Notes: generated from the letters alone by a model not told the origin. A stretch of 32,000 bases of DNA from Trichodesmium erythraeum IMS101 (GCF_000014265.1 NC_008312.1:1950001-1982000), one strand, 5' to 3'. Shown: positions 19,688 through 30,152, counted from the first letter of the stretch. Made by a program: numbers and translations.

Positions 19688-20839
19688 TCATTAGACTTCT
19701 CCGAAAATAGTCAAATCAATACTATAACTATCTTAATTGGAGCGATCGCTATTTCAAGAAGATAGTTGATTTTTACAGTCTCATAGGTATTAGAGATAGT
19801 TAGTATTAATATATAGCCCTAATTATAGTATTTTCAACCAAGAATTTTTTCAGAAATTATTGGCAAATTTATTAAGACAAAATAACCGTCCCTCTTCCCA
19901 GTATTACAAGTCCACAAATAGTCATTATTATTTGCGTATATTTATCAGAATTTAGCCTGAATCTTTCCTGGGCTACTCGAAATATTTTGAGTAATCTAAT
20001 TATATGTTCTACCAAAATTCTTTCAGATGCCAGCTCTTTATTTTGAGACTTTTCCTTACTGGTTAATTCTTGAATAGGGGGCTTTTTTTTAGGCGTTTTT
20101 ATTGCTGGTTCTCCCACATAAGCTTTGTCCCTGGTAAATTTTTGTTCTTGATGGAATTTTTCTTGGATTTCACGAAAAAAATTTATCTCACTTATTTGGC
20201 CTAGTTTTCTAGCTTCGATATCAACAATATCTTTACCATTGGTTAACACAATCACCTAACTTTTTCTTGTATGACTTTTTTTCTTTCCTGAGTAATATTC
20301 TTTTTGTTGTTCAGATTTTTCTAGCCTTTCTATACCCTGTTCATAGCTATCTATGATTAACTCACACTCTGTTAAAATTTCCTTAATAATTTCTTTGTCA
20401 CTTGAGTTTTTTTTACCTGTTCTAGGAGACTTGATGGTAACAACTCCCCAATTATTGGAAACCAATAATTAAAGATATCATTGGCAGAGTTTCACTGACT
20501 CCAAATTGAATTCCTAATAGTTGAAAAGTTGTCAAATGTCTTAAATAAGTTAAGGTTAAAATGATTTGTTCACAAGAACGATAATTTAGGTGATCTACCA
20601 CCACCAGAAGCGATTATTCTAACTTTTTTAGCTGTGGCTATTTCTCGCTTCTTCGATACAAAGTTTTTTTGCTTGTTTTAATAACTTTTCTACCCGTTCA
20701 TACTTGATACCTAATAAAATTTCTGATTCTTGTGGAAGATGTCTGAATATACTCAAGTATATTAGTCATAATTTGCCTACAAAAATTTCTATTTTTTATT
20801 ACTCTATCACAATTTATTTATTTTTCGGAGATGTCTATT
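19688..20839 (-). mobile_element. IS5-superfamily (HTH_Tnp_4/DDE_Tnp_4-like) insertion sequence, copy B. It is an inverted, near-identical twin of copy A.
   Basis: End-to-end reverse-complement match to 6423-7575. ORFs 19872-20255 and 20256-20465 differ from those of copy A at 6/127 and 2/69 residues. It has the same in-frame stop (20256-20258), the same homopolymer run (T8, 20407-20414) and the same upstream frameshift. Confidence 0.85.
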
Positions 20840-20859
20840 GACTATCTCTTCCATCTGGG

Positions 20860-21240
20860 ATAAATTTTCACTCGTTTTGATTACTTATAGATTCATTAAT
20901 TAGCGGCCAGAGTTGTTCGGCTGGTTGTATAAGCAATCCCTTTGATCCTATTCCATAATCCTCCATCTGGTGCTTTCTCCTGGAGTAACATTATTAGTTT
21001 TGCCTGTAGTTACTCACAGAGAAATCCTTTTAGTCCTAGATGTTGATAGTGACTATCTACCAATCCTTCTTGACCCTGATGATTGTAGCAACGTACAATT
21101 TTCTTAATGGCCTCCAAACGATAGCCTGTAGCTGAAGAAACTTCTCTCATTGTTTTTCTCTTTGCGCTTAAATATCAGGTCTTTTCTATGGGATCATTAG
21201 ATAGCTCAGGAGTTTCTTTCCAGTTCATCTAAACTTAGGT
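20860..21240 (-). pseudogene. IS630-family transposase N-terminal remnant.
   Basis: The minus-strand translation reads 'MNWKETPELSNDPIEKT*YLSAKRKTMREVSSATGYRLEAIKKIVRCYNHQGQEGLVDSHYQHLG...APDGGLWN'. Confidence 0.5.
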
Positions 21241-21540
21241 ATTTTTAAATACTTAAGCGTCTTAGTATAATGGCGCTCGCATTAGTGTTGGATAAAAATA
21301 TCACTCCAGGCAATTTTTTTTCTATTATTCTATATATATAAAAACGATATTACCAGACATGATATTACTTTTGCCTGGTGCTTCCGTTTTTCGTCTCGGA
21401 TTACCCTTAGAGCTAATAATTAAGTTAAATGAATTATAACATATGTTTAAAAACAAAACAATTAATAAGTAGAAAGATCATGGGGGAGGCTTCAAACCAA
21501 ATTTTTCGGTAAAATTAAAATTTCTAAAGTTTATAATATT

Positions 21541-22422
21541 ATGTCTTGGTCTCGAATAGTTAGTGGACTTGTAGCAATTGCGGTAGCTCTGGGAATGATT
21601 ATCTTTGGGGGATGGTGGTTTACAGCAGGCATGGGAGTCATAGTTTACCTAGGCCAACTCGAATATTTTCAACTAGCTAGTACTAAAGGTATTGTACCAG
21701 CAGCCAAAACTACTCTAGGGCTAAGTCAAGTCATGTTAGTAGTAGCAGCTCTCAATCCTAATTTAGTAGATGCCATATTTACATTAGCAGGAACTATAAT
21801 CTGTTTTTATCTACTGTTTCAGCCAAAATTAGCAAGTATAGCTGACATAGCATCATCAATTTTAGGTCTATTTTATGGTGGATATCTACCTAGCTATTGG
21901 ATTAGACTCAGAGTTGGATTTGAAGCTCAATTACAGATATCCCAAATAACTTTAGAAAACTACGAGTATACTTCATGGATAGACCCTTTGAGTTGGCCTT
22001 CGAGCTTAACATTTACTCTGCTTGGTTTTTGCTGTATATGGGCTGCTGATATAGGTGCTTATTTTGTCGGGAAGTTCTTTGGTCGAATTAGACTTTCAGA
22101 AATAAGCCCGAAAAAGACTGTGGAGGGTGCAGTATTTGGAGTTTTAGGTAGTGTAGGAGTAGCTACAATAGGTTCTTGGTACTTAGATTGGCCTGGTTCC
22201 CCTTGGACAGGTGCTGTCTTAGGGTTAATAGTAGGTATTGCTAGCCTACTTGGAGACTTAACGGAATCAATGATGAAACGAGATGCAGGTGTTAAAGATT
22301 CTGGACAACTCATACCTGGACATGGAGGAATTCTTGACCGCACTGACAGTTATGTTTTTACTGCACCCCTTATATATTATTTTTTCACCTTACTTTTACC
22401 AGCCCTCAAAAATTATAATTAG
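21541..22422 (+). CDS. cdsA: Phosphatidate cytidylyltransferase (CDP-diglyceride synthase).
   Basis: An intact 293-aa polytopic ORF. The signature is 'SPKKTVEG...GDLTESMMKRDAGVKDSGQLIPGHGGILDRTDS'. Confidence 0.9.
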   Translation: MSWSRIVSGLVAIAVALGMIIFGGWWFTAGMGVIVYLGQLEYFQLASTKGIVPAAKTTLGLSQVMLVVAALNPNLVDAIFTLAGTIICFYLLFQPKLASIADIASSILGLFYGGYLPSYWIRLRVGFEAQLQISQITLENYEYTSWIDPLSWPSSLTFTLLGFCCIWAADIGAYFVGKFFGRIRLSEISPKKTVEGAVFGVLGSVGVATIGSWYLDWPGSPWTGAVLGLIVGIASLLGDLTESMMKRDAGVKDSGQLIPGHGGILDRTDSYVFTAPLIYYFFTLLLPALKNYN

Positions 22423-22785
22423 GGCTGGCTGAATGAATAAATATAGAATCCTGATGATACATCACTGTTAGTGATGGCTTATCTTGAGAAAAGGACCAAA
22501 AAATCACGAAATTAATATTTTTTCACTTAGGATTTTTCGTGACTTGAATAGGAAAAATGCAAAAAAATTAACATACTGCAACTATTGCCTATTCCCAACT
22601 CCCCATTTCCTGCCCTCACTAACAAATTTTTTGAGCAATTAACCTCTAATTGAAATATAAGATAAATCAACCTTTGACCAAACACAGTTGTTTTTCTTCT
22701 TTTGTGTTCTCAAATTATTTGCTTTTCCCTAAAATCTAGAATGAATTTTGTACCTTACTCCTAATAATAATTTTAATAGTTGAAT

Positions 22786-23574
22786 TTAGGATTTAACTAT
22801 TAAGCTACCTTGACAAATAAGTTGACCAGATTCTAATGTTAATTCTTGTAGTTTAACATCAGAACCTAAATCTACTTTGATGGTATTTGAAAGGTCATAA
22901 TTAGACTTTTGTAAAACTTGAAATTCAAAATTTTCTAGCAATAATTTACAACTAGTAGCAAGCTTTAAACTAGTATGTAAATTTATTGGGATTTTTTCAT
23001 CAAACTTAGACATAAAGTTAGCAAACAGACTAAGATGACCTGTAAATATTTCAGCTTTTTGGTCATACAATCGAATAGGTTTCTCTAGGCATTCTATAAA
23101 ATCTGACTGTAATAGTGGGGTTAAAAAATCAACAATAGCCTGAGACAAAAGACCAGATTTTAGACTAGAATTAAAGTCAGATTGAAGACATTTAATCTGA
23201 CAAAATATAGGAAAAGATTCTAAGATTTTCAATTTTTTTCCCCTGATAATTTGACCAATATTAATCCGAATACCAGTAGCAGATAATTTCACCTCAGTCA
23301 AATGTAATCCTCGAAAAATGACATTAGAAGCAGCAAGAGAAACTCGTGGGATTTGACCTGTAATAATTTGGCGATCACCTCCTTCAATATGAACCTTTAA
23401 TTGTTCTACCTGTTCTAATTGTGATTTTAACCAAAATTGCAAAGCAGGAGATAGGAACCTACTAACAATTCTACTCTTTCTTTTTGTTGATATTTCATCT
23501 AAACTCTGATCAGCAATATCAGAACCAGAAATATGATGCAGTTGTGGTAAATTTTTATTCATTAAAGACACCAT
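22786..23574 (-). CDS. Conserved cyanobacterial hypothetical protein, probably DUF2993 / LmeA-like.
   Basis: An intact 262-aa ORF. The repeated 'IPRVSLAASNVIFRGLHLTEVKLSATGIRINIGQIIRG' architecture resembles DUF2993. The assignment is from memory only. Confidence 0.55.
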   Translation of the reverse strand: MVSLMNKNLPQLHHISGSDIADQSLDEISTKRKSRIVSRFLSPALQFWLKSQLEQVEQLKVHIEGGDRQIITGQIPRVSLAASNVIFRGLHLTEVKLSATGIRINIGQIIRGKKLKILESFPIFCQIKCLQSDFNSSLKSGLLSQAIVDFLTPLLQSDFIECLEKPIRLYDQKAEIFTGHLSLFANFMSKFDEKIPINLHTSLKLATSCKLLLENFEFQVLQKSNYDLSNTIKVDLGSDVKLQELTLESGQLICQGSLIVKS

Positions 23575-23697
23575 GAGGATTAGTATACTCTATACTCAAT
23601 TGTGTAATTATTTCCAGAGATAAGAAATATATAAACTAGCAGATTTTAAATATTTAGGGTAGGAGAAAATATCCAATAAAGTGATGAAATAAATAAT

Positions 23698-24462
23698 ATG
23701 GATGAAAGATTACAAAAAATATTATCTCAGTGGGGCATAGCATCTCGGCGTCAAGCTGAACAAATGATCATAGCGGGACGAGTAAAGGTTAATGGTAAAA
23801 TTGTCCAATTAGGAGAAAAGGCTCAACCAGACTTGGACAATATTGAAGTGGATGGTTTGCCCATTAGACCCGAAGCTCGACCATCACCCATATATTTATT
23901 GTTAAATAAACCTATGGGAGTAATTTCAACTTGTTCGGAACCTAGGAAACGTAGTAAAGTTTTAGATATCCTAAACGCAGAACTACGAAATGGAAAAGGT
24001 ATTCATCCTGTAGGACGTTTAGATGCAGACTCTACAGGAGCATTACTCCTCACAAATGATGGTCGGGTGACTTATTGTTTAACCCACCCCAAATATTGTC
24101 TTTCTAAAACCTATCAAGTTTTGGTAGAAGGTCATCCCCAAGAATCAATCTTAAAGTTGTGGCGTCAAGGTATTATTTTATCTGGTAAAAAAACTTTACC
24201 CGCTGAGGTTAAAGTCTTAAAAGAATGTAATAGTTCTCAAACTCTTTTAGAAGTGGTCATCTCTGAAGGCAGAAATCGCCAGATTCGTAGAGTTGCAGAT
24301 AAATTGGGACATCGTGTACTTAAACTACACCGTACTGCAATTGGTCAAATTAAGTTGCAGTTGCCTGGAGAGTCAGTTTTACCTATTGGCCATTATAGAC
24401 AATTAAAGGATTTTGAAATTGAGTTTTTGGATGACCAAATTATTGAATCTAAATTCAGCTAA
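23698..24462 (+). CDS. RsuA/RluB-family rRNA pseudouridine synthase with an N-terminal S4 domain.
   Basis: An intact 254-aa ORF. The S4 motif is 'RLQKILSQWGIASRRQAEQMIIAGRVKVNG'. The catalytic motif is 'HPVGRLDADSTGALLLTNDG', followed by 'GRNRQIRR'. Confidence 0.9.
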   Translation: MDERLQKILSQWGIASRRQAEQMIIAGRVKVNGKIVQLGEKAQPDLDNIEVDGLPIRPEARPSPIYLLLNKPMGVISTCSEPRKRSKVLDILNAELRNGKGIHPVGRLDADSTGALLLTNDGRVTYCLTHPKYCLSKTYQVLVEGHPQESILKLWRQGIILSGKKTLPAEVKVLKECNSSQTLLEVVISEGRNRQIRRVADKLGHRVLKLHRTAIGQIKLQLPGESVLPIGHYRQLKDFEIEFLDDQIIESKFS

Positions 24463-25138
24463 AAACTCTTTTTTATGACAAACAAGTATGTTTTTTAAAG
24501 TCTGAACTAAGTGGCTCAAATAATTTAAATATCTAAATAATATTTCTAAATTATTTTATACTTTGTGCTGGGTCAATTTTGCTCCCTCAATTAGCTATCA
24601 GCTTTTTGAACTTGGGCAACAACAAGCATCGGATGCTTAAGTAAGGCTTGAAATATACTTCATGCAAGTCAAAAAAATGACTATCCTGATTGCTGAATGT
24701 TGACTACTTGTTTAATAAAAATATATTTTGAAAAACAGAAATTTTATTCAATCGTATTATAGATATATTTAGGATTCTTCATAGCCAAAATTCTTTCTTA
24801 AACTAAGCATCCAAAATTAATCATATTATTGCTCAAATTAAGTTATACAAAATAAATCAAATAATGTTACAAGTAATAGAAGTGATTAAAATAATTTATA
24901 TAAGATGTGATGTCTCTTTGATGAAAAATCAAGTTTATCCTTTCTCATCAAGAAACTAAAATAGATGCCCATAGAAAAATAATAGATAATAAATCTCTCA
25001 AATAAATGGTTAGATGCTGTGTCTTCTGAATTATAAATCCTGAATCATAACTCCTAGTAATTTGTAGCCAACTTTTTTCCAAATGGGATAACTATCCAAA
25101 CTAAACAAGTTATAGTTTATATAAATTAAGTTAAAGCA

Positions 25139-26026
25139 ATGGTGAATTTAACAGCAATCAAAAACCTAAAAAAAAGTTTCTCTTTTGTACCTTTAAGGCA
25201 ACGTTTTAATCGAAGAAAAAAAATATCTTTTGAAGAAAAACAAAGTCAGGCATTAAAAGATATCGGGGATAAATTAAAAATGTTTAGAAATAAACATTCT
25301 ATTTGTTTAAAAAGAGTGGCAGTAGTGACAATGATTAGAATTAATTTACTAGAAGCAATAGAAGAAGGTAATTTAAAAGAACTGCCAGAGCCAGTTTATA
25401 TTCAAGGTATGATTAAGCGATATGCAGATGCTATAGGATTAGATGGAGAGGAACTAGCAAACTCATTTCCAACTGCAAAAGTTCAGGAAATTACGATAAA
25501 ATCTCTGCCGAATTTATCAATGCTTCAGCTACGACCATATCATCTTTACTTTTTATATGTATTACTTGTTATTTTAGCAGTTCGTTTGTTACCTTATGTT
25601 AATAACTCTTATTATATATGGATACGAGATGGTATTACTAAGTCTGAAAAACAACAATATGAACGAGAAAATGAGGTTAATGTTTTACCTCCAGTTTCTC
25701 AGAAAAATAGGAAAACTGAGGGAAGATCTTCAGATCAAACAACACAAAAGTCAGATAAACAAAATGATGGACAACCTGTAGTTCTCAGTGTAATTGCGAA
25801 AGAAGAATCTTGGGTATCAATAAAGATAGATGGAAAAGTAGCGTTTGAAGGGACTTTAGCTCAAGGCACTCAGAAAACTTGGTCAGCCCAAAAGCAACTG
25901 GTTTTTTTCGCAGGCAATGCTGGAGGAATAATTATACCTATTGATAATGGGCAAAATATGCAACTGGGAAAACCGGGTGAAGTCAAAGAAGTTGTTCTTA
26001 CTTCTACTAACACCCAAATACAATAA
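25139..26026 (+). CDS. rodZ: RodZ-like cytoskeleton protein (HTH domain, transmembrane segment, C-terminal DUF4115).
   Basis: A 295-aa ORF with 'ICLKRVAVVTMIRINLLEAIEEGNLKELPEPVYIQGMIKRYADAIGLDG', one hydrophobic helix, and the C-terminal 'SWVSIKIDGKVAFEGTLAQGTQKTWSAQKQLVFFAGNAGG'. The exact start codon is uncertain. Confidence 0.75.
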   Translation: MVNLTAIKNLKKSFSFVPLRQRFNRRKKISFEEKQSQALKDIGDKLKMFRNKHSICLKRVAVVTMIRINLLEAIEEGNLKELPEPVYIQGMIKRYADAIGLDGEELANSFPTAKVQEITIKSLPNLSMLQLRPYHLYFLYVLLVILAVRLLPYVNNSYYIWIRDGITKSEKQQYERENEVNVLPPVSQKNRKTEGRSSDQTTQKSDKQNDGQPVVLSVIAKEESWVSIKIDGKVAFEGTLAQGTQKTWSAQKQLVFFAGNAGGIIIPIDNGQNMQLGKPGEVKEVVLTSTNTQIQ

Positions 26027-26132
26027 ATAGTATAGCTTTAAGCTATCAGCTTAAGTTAAAGCTATCTATTGGTTGTAAAAGATTTTAATTTCATTAATGT
26101 CTCAATACTTTTTTGTAGTGCTATAAAAATTA

Positions 26133-26945
26133 GAGTTGTTGGAAAATAACTTAGGTTAGGGAAAAATGAAAACTTAAACCGAGCAATTTTGGTTAGTGAC
26201 TTTAGCTATTTATGCTGCTATTAGGTACAAGTTCCATAGCCCAGTTGCTGTTAACATTAATTTGTCATCAAAATCATTCTTGTGATTACGGTAAATCTGA
26301 TTTACAGTCGCGTAGTGTTTGACACCCACAAAGGCGTTTTCACATATCACCCGCTTATTGACTCAATTTCCGATTTTTAAGGCGTTGCTGTTGCTGTTAA
26401 TTCTCCCCCTTTTTGTTTTTTATGGGGTATGCTGATATTTTTATACTAATGTTAATACCTTGAAACCCACTCATAACTTCAATTGGTATCTCCACAGGTA
26501 TATTTCCTATCGACTTTTCCTGGTCTAGGAGTTTCAAGTCATGTAACTTTCCCTCTCTTGCCTTACTCAACAACAACACTTGCTTATTGTGCTCTACTGC
26601 TGCTAGATATTTGCGAGATAGACGCTTTTTTTTGCCTGAATAATTCAGTTTTTGTTTTTCTGAGTCCGTTCATCGTTGCAATGGCCATTCTGTGCCATCT
26701 ATTACCACTCGTTCTACTCCAGGAAAACGTTCTATAAATCCTTGGACGCTGTTAATTTTGCGCTCTGGTAGTACCTTATTTCTTCATATACCGGAGTAAA
26801 GGCTGAGAGCAAGGATTGAAATGCTTTACGATTTAATCCTGTTAATGCTCTGAGTAACCTATCTTGTCTTAAAGCCTATTTAATGTTTAGCATTAAAGTT
26901 GGCCAATTTGCTGTTAACTTATTTTACCTTATTTCCCAACAACTC
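26133..26945 (-). mobile_element. Small (813 bp) IS5-superfamily insertion sequence of a second type, decayed.
   Basis: The inverted termini are 'gagttgttggaaaataac' (26133-) and 'ttatttcccaacaactc' (-26945). Minus-strand debris includes ORF 26397-26579 ('GKLHDLKLLDQ...MSGFQGI'), plus 'LTGLNRKAFQSLLSAFTPVY' upstream. Confidence 0.6.
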
Positions 26946-27140
26946 TATTAAAGATTATGTATGATTTCTCCTAATTGGAAAAAAACGGCCAGGGAGAATG
27001 ATCAAGGCTTTTAGGTAAAAAAGTTATAACACATGGGGGATAACGGATTCTAGCTATTTTGATAGCATTAACGTAATTCCCTTGTCTAAACTTACTTTGA
27101 CTGATTTTTTGGACTAGAAAATGTTTAAGTACCACTAATA

Positions 27141-28658
27141 TTAATCCTCGTTATTTGTTGGGGTACGACCATAAATATCTGTCACCTCTTTGAGGCGATC
27201 ACTTATATCTGAAGTTAACATCTCTGATCGATAACGCCAACTCCAATTACCATCAGGAACACCAGGCTGATTCATAATAGCTTCTTCCCCCAACCCTAAA
27301 ATATCTTGTAGAGGAAAAATTGCCATATAAGCCACAGAAGACATAGCTAAACGAATTAAATCCCAATGAATGCCATGACCCCAACTATTACCAACAAAAC
27401 GATAAACTCTTTCCTGTTCTTGAGGAGAACGCTTATTAAACCAGCCGACAGTAGTATTGTTATCGTGAGTGCCAGTATAAACAACCCAATTAGCAGAATT
27501 ATAATTGCAGGGTAAATAGAGATTATCACTACCTGAGTCAAAAGCAAAATGTAGAATTTTCATACCAGGAAATTCAAACTGATCCCGTAATTGTTCTACT
27601 TCAGTAGTAATAACTCCTAAATCCTCAGCAATAACTGGCAGTTTACCTAACTTTTCTTTAATAGTTTTAAAAAAAGCCCTACCTGGAGCTGTAATCCATG
27701 TACCATTTTTAGCTGTAGTTTCACCTTGGGGTACTGCCCAATAAGAAACCAAACCTAGAAAATGGTCAATCCTAATCAAATCAACTATATCCAGCATAGA
27801 CTGAATCCGTTGTACCCACCAAAAAAAATCTTCCTGTTCCAATTTATCCCACTGATAAACTGGATTACCCCATAGTTGACCAGTCTCACTAAAATAATCT
27901 GGGGGAACGCCAGCCATTAAAGATGGTTCACTTGTTTGTGAATCTAAAGAGAATATTTCTGGATGTGACCAAACATCAGCACTATCATGGGCAACATATA
28001 TAGGAACATCGCCAAAGATTTTAATTCCTTGTTGATTAGCATAACTTTTCAGCTGATCCCATTGCTGAAAGAATAAATATTGAAGAAATTTATGGTACTG
28101 AATTTTATCAGCTAAACGTTGTTGCCATTCTGCTAATGCTTGTGGTTGACGATGAGCGATGTCTTGATCCCAGGTATGCCAACTTGCTCCTTCGTGAGCC
28201 TCTTTCAAAGCCATATAAAAAGCATAATCGTCTAACCAAAAAGCTTTACTGTTACTGAATTGATTGAATGTCTCTTTTTTTTCTTCAGAAGCATATTTTT
28301 GAAAGTTTTGGTAAGCAGTTTTCAGCAAAGAACTTTTTACTTGGGCAACTGAATCAAAATCTACCTTATCCCTTGGAAATTCTGGTATATTAGAAAAATC
28401 TTCCTCAGAAAGCCATCCTTCATCTTTTAACTTATCTGGACTAATTAACAGAGGATTTCCTGCCATTGCTGAATAAGCTTGATAGGGAGAATTGCCAAAG
28501 CCTGTTGGCCCTAATGGTAGAACTTGCCAAATTTTTTGTCCACTATTTTTCAAAAAATTCACAAAATTGTATGCTTCCTGGCCTAAGTCACCAATTCCAA
28601 AGGGACTGGGAAAAGAAGTTGGATGCAGTAAAATACCGCTAGATCTCGAAAGTAGCAT
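27141..28658 (-). CDS. malQ: 4-alpha-glucanotransferase (amylomaltase, GH77).
   Basis: An intact 505-aa ORF with 'RSSGILLHPTSFPSPFGIGDLG', 'WQVLPLGPTG.GNSPY', 'IRIDHFLG', 'VIAEDLG' and 'YTGTHDNNT'. Confidence 0.92.
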   Translation of the reverse strand: MLLSRSSGILLHPTSFPSPFGIGDLGQEAYNFVNFLKNSGQKIWQVLPLGPTGFGNSPYQAYSAMAGNPLLISPDKLKDEGWLSEEDFSNIPEFPRDKVDFDSVAQVKSSLLKTAYQNFQKYASEEKKETFNQFSNSKAFWLDDYAFYMALKEAHEGASWHTWDQDIAHRQPQALAEWQQRLADKIQYHKFLQYLFFQQWDQLKSYANQQGIKIFGDVPIYVAHDSADVWSHPEIFSLDSQTSEPSLMAGVPPDYFSETGQLWGNPVYQWDKLEQEDFFWWVQRIQSMLDIVDLIRIDHFLGLVSYWAVPQGETTAKNGTWITAPGRAFFKTIKEKLGKLPVIAEDLGVITTEVEQLRDQFEFPGMKILHFAFDSGSDNLYLPCNYNSANWVVYTGTHDNNTTVGWFNKRSPQEQERVYRFVGNSWGHGIHWDLIRLAMSSVAYMAIFPLQDILGLGEEAIMNQPGVPDGNWSWRYRSEMLTSDISDRLKEVTDIYGRTPTNNED

Positions 28659-28809
28659 GATTAAACCTAAAAAATACTAATTAAAAAAGTTATTGGCATT
28701 ACACCTCAGTCTAGAATTAATTTTACGATGGGGAGAGTGTTTTTTTGATTGAGAGTTAAAATTTTGCTTAATTTTTTATCTTTTTTGTAGTCTAATTAGG
28801 GTTTGCTGA

Positions 28810-29704
28810 GTGTGACTCGTTGGACGAAAAAAGTCAATAAGTACTTGTAGCCCACATCTCTAATAATGACCATAGGTGATATAAAATAATAACTCGCAAT
28901 TTTTTCGAGGTTAAATTCCTCTCATCTTGGTTAGGCAATGACTCTGTAAGTCAGGTAATTTGAGGTAGAGCTGATTACTGTCGTTGCATGACCTAAACAT
29001 CAGCAAAGGCTTAAGTCCTTTAGCCTTTGCTGCAAGAGTTGTCACTCCAAATTGAGTAAATACCAATCCTATTACAACTGTCGTCACCCTAGTTAAGGGT
29101 AATTATCCAAGTATCTACAGCAAACCAAAACGGTATGGTTTGCTTGCCTCTCGGTACTTTACTATGGCTCAGGACACTGCTGGTAAAACGCCACAGTTAA
29201 GCAGTCCTAGCCTAAGACGCGAAAAAGATTATGGGAACCAAGTAAACCCTTGATTTCTCCTCTATTTGGAAGTAGGGAAAGCGTACACTAGAAAGATCAA
29301 GTATTAAGGATATCTTAACAAGCAACAGTATAACCTTATAGCTAGGATACCCAGACATAGGAGGCTACTGGAGACATTAGTTTTAGTTGAAACTACTGAC
29401 AACGGCTAAAACTCAGCTATTAGCAAGGGTGGCATCTATAAGTTATTCCGAATAATAATGAGACACTTTTTTAGCTAAAACCCTTGAAAGCCAGGAAAAT
29501 CTCGTCTCTATCTAAACTAGGATAGCTATAGTAGTATGAACGGCAAACCCTTAAACATATGTCCATTGTCAGGGGCCTTATGATGAGCGAAACTATGATG
29601 TACGGCACGTGAAGGAGAGGTGATGCGGCAAAATGTCCCAATGACCTCAAGGGGTGACAAGCACTTCAAGAGTATTACTAACAATGGTTTAAAGGGTTAA
29701 GGCA
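28810..29704 (+). ncRNA. Candidate group-II-intron-like structured RNA (domains I-III and the start of IV only). It is ORF-less and truncated by a MITE.
   Basis: No ORF of 60 aa or more in any frame. It starts 'gtgtgactcg'. Strong local hairpins lie at 29001-29032 and 29120-29143. A helix at 29163-29216 is flanked by 'tatgg' and 'cctaag', the two strands of the 11-nt tetraloop-receptor motif. 'tatgggaac' lies at 29230-29238. G+C is 43-52% in lines counted by hand, against ~20-30% in neighbouring spacers. No domain V was found. Confidence 0.35.
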
Positions 29705-29804
29705 TAGCAATCGAACAAAAGCTTAGGACACTCCCTCTATTCCGGATTTGCTGTATAAACTAAGATTGATGGCTTAGATGGCTTAACCTATACTTTGACT
29801 GCTA
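29705..29804. mobile_element. IS630-derived MITE (~100 bp).
   Basis: 'tagcaatcgaacaaaagcttaggacac' (29705-) and 'cttaacctatactttgactgcta' (-29804) match the two termini of the IS630 copy at 13472-14417. There is no coding capacity. Confidence 0.6.
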
Positions 29805-30152
29805 TAATTCTTAAAAATTACGATCAATAGTAAAAATGATAATTATTATTGGTACTTAACAAAATATAGCTAGAAAACAGGCTCGGATATAGACATAAAG
29901 AGGATTTTACATCAAAAAAGTATAAATCCTAAATTATCAACGGTTCTAACTATTTTTAGGGTATCGACGTAATTCCCTTAGCTAGACTGACTTTGAGTCA
30001 TTTTTTTTGAATAGAAAATTTTGAAGTCCCAATTGTTGACTTTTTTAAGTTAAGGCCACTAACAAAATTCAGATCAGCCAATTAAATTTTTTTTTGTCAT
30101 TAAATCAACTGTGAGCTTTTGAAAGTACAAATACTTAATCTAATAATATAGG

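Noticed and set aside
6423-20839. Claiming the inverted IS pair is a bona fide composite transposon.
   Set aside because: I found no shared target-site duplication at the outer or inner flanks, both ISs are dead, and the enclosed genes are ordinary housekeeping genes. It is therefore reported only as an architecture worth testing, not as a transposon.
26483-26737. 84-aa plus-strand ORF.
   Set aside because: It is antisense to the decayed small IS5-like transposase and is a hydrophobic low-complexity artefact.
28810-30150. Retron, DGR or a complete mobile group II intron.
   Set aside because: No reverse-transcriptase ORF, or even a recognisable RT debris motif such as YADD, exists anywhere in the window, and I found no domain V hairpin. 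Only an intron-like 5' RNA relic can be proposed.
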